Positions 7,220 to 12,555 of a DNA stretch of 12,555 bases are shown here, piece by piece. The DNA is from a virus (lineage: Duplodnaviria > Heunggongvirae > Uroviricota > Caudoviricetes). Below the pieces are notes generated by a model, which was not told where the DNA came from, made no database searches, and worked only from the letters and a program-made list of their open reading frames with translations. The number at the start of each line of letters is the position of its first letter. Position 1 is the stretch's first letter. The translations under genes and the position numbers were made by a program. The stretch spans positions 1-12,555 of IMG/VR virus record IMGVR_UViG_2606217107_000010, one strand, 5' to 3'.

Positions 7220-7555
7220 ATGAAGTGGATTGTGATTGATACAGTTATCCAGCCATCATGCGGAATATCTTTTTCAGTCATATGGAGTAAAATAAAATTA
7301 ATAATCTGGTATCAATCGGATGCTTTCTTACCTCCTGAAAGTATATTTACACTGACTCACACAGGCATCATGCTCAATAACAAAGTGCTACCTGTAACCA
7401 TTTACAACGTAGTACCATTCAATAAAACATTCTGGAATTTAATCAAAAACAGCCAGGAATGCCCTACAAATACAGATAACGTATTGAATGAATGCTTTAA
7501 TAACCGTTGCACTCTGCAAATATGTCCTTATGGGCTAAAACAACAAAGTCCATAA
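7220..7555 (+). CDS. hypothetical Cys-containing protein (111 aa) in an AT-rich slot, antisense to the late operon
   Basis: ATG at 7220 with SD GGAA 5 nt upstream; low-GC codon usage; five Cys residues; no family recognised. Could be a spurious ORF in AT-rich non-coding DNA. Confidence 0.25.
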   Translation: MKWIVIDTVIQPSCGISFSVIWSKIKLIIWYQSDAFLPPESIFTLTHTGIMLNNKVLPVTIYNVVPFNKTFWNLIKNSQECPTNTDNVLNECFNNRCTLQICPYGLKQQSP

Positions 7556-7575
7556 GGAGTTTACTCACATCTGAC

Positions 7576-7610
7576 AAAATCAATATAAACAGCCCCTCCG
7601 GAGAGGGGCT
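7576..7610 (-). terminator. intrinsic terminator-like hairpin downstream of the tRNA cluster
   Basis: Stem AGCCCCTC (7591..7598) pairs with GAGGGGCT (7603..7610), loop CGGA; on the minus strand it is followed by a T-rich run (complement of 7576..7590). Confidence 0.45.
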
Positions 7611-7846
7611 GGAGAGTGGCGCTATGTGCCATTGCATGGTGCCGGGTGCCTCCCGGTGAATTCAGTACCAGCACCTGAATCCGCGATTATCCCATATACC
7701 TACTCGCTGATTGCCCCTCCGCACAGGGGGATTCACCATGCCAGTTTCTTTTAACAAACTCCCCGCAAACCAGACAACAGTCAACCGCCTGAATTGTGAG
7801 ACATTTAAAAAAAAGGCCCACAAAAGCGAGCCAGGGAAAATAAGTG

Positions 7847-7923
7847 TGGCGCGTTGTACTGGATTCGAACCAGTGACCGATTGCTTAGAAGGCAATTGCT
7901 CTGTCCGGCTGAGCTAACAACGC
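7847..7923 (-). tRNA. tRNA-Arg (anticodon UCU)
   Basis: Manual fold of the minus strand: GCGTTGT-TA-GCTC-AGCCGGAC-AGAGC-A-ATTGC-CTTCTAA-GCAAT-CGGTC-ACTGG-TTCGAAT-CCAGT-ACAACGC-G-CCA. Cloverleaf with T-loop GGTTCGAATCC, anticodon loop CU-UCU-AA, and encoded CCA. Confidence 0.85.
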
Positions 7924-7936
7924 ATGATGCAGATAA

Positions 7937-8013
7937 TGGACCGCCATCGGGGACTTGAACCCCGCGCAACCAGCTTCGAAGGCTGGCGCTCTTTCCTGAT
8001 GAGCTAATGGCGG
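7937..8013 (-). tRNA. tRNA-Arg (anticodon read as UCG)
   Basis: Minus strand CCGCCAT-TA-GCTC-ATCAGGAAA-GAGC-G-CCAGC-CTTCGAA-GCTGG-TTGCG-CGGGG-TTCAAGT-CCCCG-ATGGCGG-T-CCA. Canonical stems; anticodon assigned by manual folding only. Confidence 0.75.
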
Positions 8014-8020
8014 TATGTGA

Positions 8021-8096
8021 TGGTGGCCCTTGCTGGATTTGAACCAGCGACCTGGCGATTATGAGTCGCTCGCTCTCACCACTGAGCTAAAGGGCC
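8021..8096 (-). tRNA. tRNA-Ile2 / Met-like (anticodon CAU, ileX/ileZ-type)
   Basis: Minus strand GGCCCTTTAGCTCAGTGGTGAGAGCGAGCGACTCATAATCGCCAGGTCGCTGGTTCAAATCCAGCAAGGGCCACCA; nearly collinear with my recollection of E. coli ileX (lysidine-modified CAU reading AUA). Confidence 0.85.
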
Positions 8097-8145
8097 GGGA
8101 GCAGAATAATAATGGTGCGTAATTAATTCTGCAATCTCATCCGTT

Positions 8146-9195
8146 TCAAACGATTAAATCCTGAACTTCCCTGACTGTCTGCTCAAAACGTCCGGTCTCC
8201 AGTTCAACGCCAATCGCACGACGCCCGAGCGCCAGTGCAGCTTTTACCGTTGAACCTGAGCCCATAAAAAAATCTGCAACCAGGTCTCCCGGACGACTGC
8301 TTGCGCTGATTATCTGCTGCAGCATTTCTGCCGGTTTTTCGCACGGATGTTTCCCGGGATAGAACTGCACCGGTTTATGTGTCCACACATCCGTGTACGG
8401 CACCTGCGCCGTCACACCAAAATACCGCCGCAGATGCTTATATTCACTCTGCAGCTCCACATACTGCCGGTTCAGTGACGTATACGTATCCACCAGCTGG
8501 TGGTGGGGCTTTTCCAGTTCACCGCGCTGATGTTTCTCTTCTGCCACCCGGGCAAACAGCGACTGTAATTTCAGATAATCGCTTTCGTTCGGTAGCTGCC
8601 ACTGACTGGCACTGAACCAGTGCGGCACCATGTTTTTCTTTCCTGTGGCATCTGCAATCTGTTTTGCCGTTATCCCCAGGGCAGCGCGCGCATCACGAAA
8701 GTAAGCAATCAGCGGGGCCATCACATGCTGTTTCAGTGCCCTGCCCTTCGCCTCATACCCGGCATCTTTCGGACGATACGGCCCCTGATAATGTTCCGCG
8801 AACAGAATGCGCTCTGTGGCGGGGAAATACGCCCGCAGGCTTTCCTTGTTGCATCCGTTCCAGCGTCCGGACGGCTTCGCCCAGATAATATGGTTCAGCA
8901 CACTGAAGCGTTCACGCATCATGATTTCGATATCAGATGCCAGGCGATGACCACAGAACAGGTAAAGACTTCCGGCAGGTTTCAGCACCCGCCAGAACTG
9001 CGCCAGACACTGGTCCAGCCACTTCAGGTAATCATCGTCGCCCTTCCACTGGTTATCCCAGCCCTCGGGCTTCACTTTAAAGTACGGCGGGTCCGTGACT
9101 ATCAGGTCAACAGAATTTTCGGGTAACGACCGGATAAATTCCAGGCAGTCGGCGTTGATTAACTCACAACTGGATATTTTTACAGTATTAAGCAT
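8146..9195 (-). CDS. DNA methyltransferase (beta-class N6-adenine/N4-cytosine MTase, DPPY motif), apparently orphan
   Basis: 349-aa ORF with motif IV DLIVTDPPYF near the N-terminus and motif I FFMGSGST near the C-terminus (beta-class order). No adjacent restriction endonuclease ORF. Confidence 0.9.
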   Translation of the reverse strand: MLNTVKISSCELINADCLEFIRSLPENSVDLIVTDPPYFKVKPEGWDNQWKGDDDYLKWLDQCLAQFWRVLKPAGSLYLFCGHRLASDIEIMMRERFSVLNHIIWAKPSGRWNGCNKESLRAYFPATERILFAEHYQGPYRPKDAGYEAKGRALKQHVMAPLIAYFRDARAALGITAKQIADATGKKNMVPHWFSASQWQLPNESDYLKLQSLFARVAEEKHQRGELEKPHHQLVDTYTSLNRQYVELQSEYKHLRRYFGVTAQVPYTDVWTHKPVQFYPGKHPCEKPAEMLQQIISASSRPGDLVADFFMGSGSTVKAALALGRRAIGVELETGRFEQTVREVQDLIV

Positions 9196-9333
9196 GGATC
9201 ATTAAGCCTGTCTCTGATAGGCTCATTCTGCTTTTGCGCAAAGCAGATGGGCCTGAGGTTTGCTTGTGACCCCAACGCATGAGCAGATGGCTGGCAGGTG
9301 CCGCTAACACCCACCAGCCGCCCATTACCACAA

Positions 9334-9359
9334 ATAAAAAAGCCTTCAGGGCTGAAGGC
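9334..9359 (-). terminator. intrinsic terminator overlapping the stop codon of the small upstream ORF
   Basis: Stem GCCTTCA (9342..9348) pairs with TGAAGGC (9353..9359), 4-nt loop; A-run at 9334..9341 on the plus strand gives a U-run after the hairpin on the minus strand. Confidence 0.5.
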
Positions 9360-9543
9360 GTCTGTAACAACCGAACTGATAATCTGCCAGACCCGCCATA
9401 ACAAGCTGAGTCAGTATTAACTGGCAGCGTTCACGTGAAAGGTAAGTATTCTGCGCAATTTCCCCGACAGTCGCCGGTTCGGTGACGCTCAATTCATTAA
9501 ACACCACTCTGGCGGTTTCGGTCATATCTTGCTGTTTTAGCAT
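9346..9543 (-). CDS. small hypothetical protein, possible winged-helix DNA-binding fold (65 aa)
   Basis: MLKQQDMTETARVVFNELSVTEPATVGEIAQNTYLSRERCQLILTQLVMAGL...; start chosen at the ATG at 9543 with SD AAGGGAAA (six-frame ORF begins at 9567). Helix-turn-helix-like segment TVGEIAQNTYLSRERCQLIL. Fold assignment is speculative. Confidence 0.45.
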   Translation of the reverse strand: MLKQQDMTETARVVFNELSVTEPATVGEIAQNTYLSRERCQLILTQLVMAGLADYQFGCYRRLQP

Positions 9544-9664
9544 GTCTTTTTCCCTTCTGGTTAACATGACATACCAATAACTCTTGTCTAAAAAGCCAGC
9601 AAGATAAAAAGTCAGTATTCACGACCACCAGCGTGTTTACTGTACTGCACCAAGTTTACAGGTA

Positions 9665-9688
9665 CAAAAAACCCGCTCAGTGGCGGGG
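9665..9688 (-). terminator. intrinsic terminator-like hairpin, candidate tR' of the late operon
   Basis: Stem CCCGC (9672..9676) pairs with GCGGG (9683..9687), loop TCAGTG; the A7 run at 9665..9671 gives U7 immediately after the hairpin on the minus strand. Confidence 0.45.
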
Positions 9689-9822
9689 TTAAGTTGTGTG
9701 GCGAAGTAACCACTCTTAACAGATTAAGATAAAATTTGCGGACCGCGGTAATTTTTTTTGCTAAATTAAAGCCATATAAAAAATAAGATCCATAAGAAAT
9801 TATTAGTATACTAAGGTTTAAC

Positions 9823-10764
9823 ATGGCTACTATTGCGCAATCAAAGAAACAAAAAAAACTTAAAATTGGTTTTTACACCAGCAGTTCTGGGACTATCCGC
9901 AGCCATTCAGTTGCTAAGCAAGCAATTGAAAATCTGTATAATACTTGCGTAACCGTTACGAATAATCATTTTGATACCATCTATAGAAATAAAAAGTTAA
10001 AAATAGCTTTTATAAATAAAGATACAAAAGCTAAATATTTCTTCGGCTACATGTCATGCTCACGAGAAGAGTATCTCCTTCCTTATATTGGTGATGAACA
10101 CTGGAATGAGCACAACATACCACTAGATGATAAAAAATACATAGTCGAAAGAACCTATTTTTTATATTATTACGATAGTGATATTTTAATATTAACTCAA
10201 AATCATCTTGGGCCGAAAGAATCGGATTTAGCTTATCTGCTTTACAGCCAGAGTGGTAATCCTGGAAATAACTTTTCATTCCAAGCCATCTGGAAAAAAG
10301 AGAGCGTCAAAGAGCTACTTGAAACAGGAAGTACTTTGAGAAGTTGTGATATTGTCCTGGCTGCTCCCAGGAACTTTGATGCAACAAATTACCAGCTAAA
10401 TAGTTCATTTTCTAAGGAACTGGTAAATATGATGGTAGGGCTGGGTGGAACACGTCTCAAGTTAAATCTAAGGGGACGTGCATCAGGGAGAGTAAAAGTC
10501 AAAGGTTATTTATCAGATCTCGTTAAGGATGGTATTAAAGAACTCCTTGAAAAAATGCCGGGAATTGTAAAAAAAGCGGCAGTAACACAGCCCAAAAATA
10601 CCGTTGAACAAAGTCTTCTTGATCAGGTACTCATTTCAGAAAAAAACATATATACCGTTAATGGTTATGGCACTGATAGTGATGTTCTGCAAGCCATGAT
10701 TTCTGCTAAAATTGATAACAATGAATACCTTAAGCAATACGATATCAGCAAAAAGAAGGTATAG
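9823..10764 (+). CDS. hypothetical soluble protein (313 aa), first gene of a low-GC two-gene insert; possible RexA-like sensor
   Basis: ATG at 9823 with SD AAGG 6 nt upstream; strongly AT-rich codon usage, unlike the flanking phage genes; opposite strand to the late operon. By-eye motif resemblance to my recollection of lambda RexA (GFY near the N-terminus; LDD...GPxxSDLxxxL block). Unverified. Confidence 0.8.
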   Translation: MATIAQSKKQKKLKIGFYTSSSGTIRSHSVAKQAIENLYNTCVTVTNNHFDTIYRNKKLKIAFINKDTKAKYFFGYMSCSREEYLLPYIGDEHWNEHNIPLDDKKYIVERTYFLYYYDSDILILTQNHLGPKESDLAYLLYSQSGNPGNNFSFQAIWKKESVKELLETGSTLRSCDIVLAAPRNFDATNYQLNSSFSKELVNMMVGLGGTRLKLNLRGRASGRVKVKGYLSDLVKDGIKELLEKMPGIVKKAAVTQPKNTVEQSLLDQVLISEKNIYTVNGYGTDSDVLQAMISAKIDNNEYLKQYDISKKKV

Positions 10765-10767
10765 GAT

Positions 10768-11211
10768 ATGTTATTGAAATACTTAAGAAACCTGATTGTA
10801 AGTGTTTTTTGCACCTTGTTCCTACTGAGGTATATCCCTCAGATGGGGCATGCTGACATACTTACAGCCTCCGGGGTTATTTCAACTGTATCCGGTATTT
10901 TATTTGGTTTTATTTTAGCCACAATATCAATTTTTAGTGCTGCTAGCGAAAACTCAAATGGAATAATAAAAGCATTAAAAAACAACAACATACTTCAAGT
11001 TATTATTGTAAATCTATTAACCGCAGGTGCATCTTTAATTACGGCATGCGTTATTGCTTTGATAGCAATGTTTGCCAATGAAAAGACATTGTTACATGGA
11101 GAAAAAATAGAATTTATTTTAATTATCGAATCTTTATCTCTTCTTATCATTTCAGTAATAACTTTTGCCTTTACATGGAGAAAAGTAAACTGGATACTCC
11201 CCCACATTTAA
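10768..11211 (+). CDS. hypothetical four-TM membrane protein (147 aa), second gene of the insert; possible RexB-like effector
   Basis: ATG at 10768, 3 nt after the stop of the upstream gene, with SD GAAGG. Four hydrophobic segments (about residues 8-22, 33-58, 74-101, 113-136). A LRYIPQ motif before TM2 recalls FRHYIPG in my recollection of lambda RexB. Confidence 0.8.
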   Translation: MLLKYLRNLIVSVFCTLFLLRYIPQMGHADILTASGVISTVSGILFGFILATISIFSAASENSNGIIKALKNNNILQVIIVNLLTAGASLITACVIALIAMFANEKTLLHGEKIEFILIIESLSLLIISVITFAFTWRKVNWILPHI

Positions 11212-11234
11212 AAAGGGCAGAAATGCCCTTTTTT
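11211..11234. terminator. bidirectional intrinsic terminator between the convergent insert operon and gene Q
   Basis: AAAAGGGCA-GAAA-TGCCCTTTTTT: stem 11215..11219 pairs with 11224..11228, GAAA loop, with an A-run before and a T-run after. Serves both the plus and minus strands. Confidence 0.65.
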
Positions 11235-11597
11235 CTACTCCATTTCAAGTTTAACATCCAGCATTGAAAGGCATCCATCAATAAACCCTTCAGCCATCTG
11301 TATCTCTATACGTATCAATTTCTCATCTTTTTTGCGAGCTCTTGCAAGCTTTCTTTTCGAGATGCCATACAGGTAATGGGCCACAATCAAAGAATGCTCG
11401 TACGGTTTTCGCTTTTTAAGAAGAGCAAGACAACCTTCAATAATTAATGCATCACTATCTGAACAAGCCTGACGTGTTTTGCTTGTATAGGGAAGAAGCC
11501 CTTTAAACCCAGCAGCTATAGGAGAATAGTCTACTCCTGAACTATCACTCGCCGCCCATGCTCCCCAACGATCCAGAACCATTTGAATATCACGCAT
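11235..11597 (-). CDS. Q: late-gene antiterminator Q (phage 21 / Stx-phage Q family)
   Basis: MRDIQMVLDRWGAWAASDSSGVDYSPIAAGFKGLLPYTSKTRQACSDSDALIIEGCLALLKK...; N-terminus matches my recollection of Q proteins of Stx/21-like phages. Start at the ATG at 11597 with SD GGAG; the six-frame ORF has a TTG at 11612. Confidence 0.85.
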   Translation of the reverse strand: MRDIQMVLDRWGAWAASDSSGVDYSPIAAGFKGLLPYTSKTRQACSDSDALIIEGCLALLKKRKPYEHSLIVAHYLYGISKRKLARARKKDEKLIRIEIQMAEGFIDGCLSMLDVKLEME

Positions 11598-11614
11598 CAA
11601 CTTTCTCCACAAAA

Positions 11615-12532
11615 TCAGGCCAGCACGCCAATTGCCAGCGCACGATCGATAAAACGAAATATCAGCTCCAGTTGGGAACCATACTTCTCTTCAAATGCCA
11701 CGGTATCCGCATGCAGTTCGTCATGGTGTTTTCTGCACAAAGGCAACACAAAAAGGTCATGCGCTTTTGTACCCATTCCACCCTGACCATGACCAATCAG
11801 GTGATGAGGATCGTCGGCTGGCTTACCACAACATGCACACGGCTGCGTCTTAACCCAGCGCGTGTACTTTTCATTAACCCAGCGACGACGTTTTGGGCGT
11901 AACATAAAAGACTCCGGCGACTCCGGATCCACTTTCAGCGCCAGCACCTTTTTCGCCTTATCCTGGATGATGCTGGTGGCAGTAACCGAAGGCACAAGGT
12001 CACTTTCCCGGGTGACAGACGGCACAACAGGCTTCGGTAATCTCAGGGCCTTACGGGCTGCACTTTCCGGTAAGGCATCCGCCAGATCATTACGAATCAG
12101 CCACCAGCACAGTTCCGGCATTGTCACAACGTGACTGTCATCAAAACCGAGATCCCGACGCACAACAGACAACACCCAGCGGGCACAGTTATCCGTTGCC
12201 ATTGATTCCAGCCGTTCCGTGAACTGATCGCGCAGCTGATTATCGCAGTGCCAGCACAGACGGATTGCACCCGGAGCGTGTCGCATTGTGGTCATGTTCT
12301 CGCTGTGCCAGTCGGAATGAGGCCACTGGCAGCCTTTTTCACGAAGTAACCAGCTTTCAAGACATTCCACGCCACCAGCACGACGGATCACTGCCTCATT
12401 GCGGAACACGGCCCGAACGGCAGGATCATCCGCCAGCGGTTGTGATGCCGCCGGAACGGCACCACTGGCGAAAGATGAATAACGCTCCGGCTCAGGCTCC
12501 AGCAGGACACGCCCCTGCATAAACAGGGGCAT
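11615..12532 (-). CDS. DUF968-domain phage protein (YdfU-like), upstream of Q
   Basis: C-terminal region RWVKTQPCACCGKPADDPHHLIGHGQGGMGTKAHDLFVLPLCRKHHDELH with Cys/His clusters typical of DUF968. The reading frame stays open upstream of the ATG at 12532 to the window edge, so the true start may lie beyond 12555. Confidence 0.75.
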   Translation of the reverse strand: MPLFMQGRVLLEPEPERYSSFASGAVPAASQPLADDPAVRAVFRNEAVIRRAGGVECLESWLLREKGCQWPHSDWHSENMTTMRHAPGAIRLCWHCDNQLRDQFTERLESMATDNCARWVLSVVRRDLGFDDSHVVTMPELCWWLIRNDLADALPESAARKALRLPKPVVPSVTRESDLVPSVTATSIIQDKAKKVLALKVDPESPESFMLRPKRRRWVNEKYTRWVKTQPCACCGKPADDPHHLIGHGQGGMGTKAHDLFVLPLCRKHHDELHADTVAFEEKYGSQLELIFRFIDRALAIGVLA

Positions 12533-12555
12533 CAGCTCTGAACCTGGTCTGAACA

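Noticed and set aside
6960-7846. Shiga toxin stxA/stxB genes in the tRNA-to-esterase slot
   Set aside because: Looked for them because the surrounding gene order matches Stx phages as I recall it, but the slot holds no ORF of A-subunit size on the late strand and the only ORF is a 111-aa antisense one with no toxin-like features.
7662-7895. 77-aa minus-strand ORF
   Set aside because: It overlaps the tRNA-Arg(UCU) gene and the terminator region, has no SD, and is explained by the tRNA; spurious.
7847-8096. tRNA genes as a prophage integration site (attL/attR)
   Set aside because: The tRNAs are complete, tandem, and flanked on both sides by phage late genes in the same orientation; they are phage-encoded tRNAs, not a host tRNA target split by integration.
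8379-9126. Plus-strand ORFs (78, 168 and 74 aa) antisense to the methyltransferase
   Set aside because: They are entirely embedded antisense in a well-supported CDS, with no SD or promoter signals; typical shadow ORFs.
9612-9824. 70-aa minus-strand ORF in the gap between the small wHTH ORF and the insert
   Set aside because: It spans the tR'-like hairpin and the AT-rich divergent promoter region, with no SD; more likely regulatory DNA than coding.
10031-11207. Minus-strand ORFs (82 and 70 aa) inside the two insert genes
   Set aside because: Antisense shadow ORFs in AT-rich coding sequence.
11558-12522. Plus-strand ORFs antisense to Q and the DUF968 gene
   Set aside because: Shadow ORFs within well-supported minus-strand genes.

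Overview
This window is the late-gene region of a lambdoid (phage 21 / Qin / Stx-phage-like) enterobacterial prophage, transcribed right-to-left on the minus strand. Minus-strand order, from high to low coordinates: DUF968-like protein, antiterminator Q, [low-GC two-gene insert on the plus strand], small wHTH-like ORF, DNA methyltransferase, three tRNAs (Ile2-CAU, Arg-UCG, Arg-UCU), a ~0.9 kb AT-rich slot where Stx phages carry stxAB (no toxin genes here), NanS-p-like esterase, S21-type pinholin, a coupled hypothetical gene, SAR endolysin, small hydrophobic ORFs, Rz/Rz1 spanins, TonB-C-domain lipoprotein, YlcI-family gene (plus strand), HNH endonuclease, a putative cos region with GTTAACAT repeats, small terminase, and the start of large terminase. 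The best candidate for an undescribed system is the plus-strand operon at 9823..11211: a 313-aa soluble protein translationally coupled to a 147-aa four-TM protein, bracketed by terminators. Its architecture and a few motifs recall lambda RexA/RexB, so it is proposed as a candidate abortive-infection or exclusion module. A second candidate is the TonB-C-like lipoprotein moron at 1736..2062. All homology statements are by-eye comparisons from memory; no database search was run.
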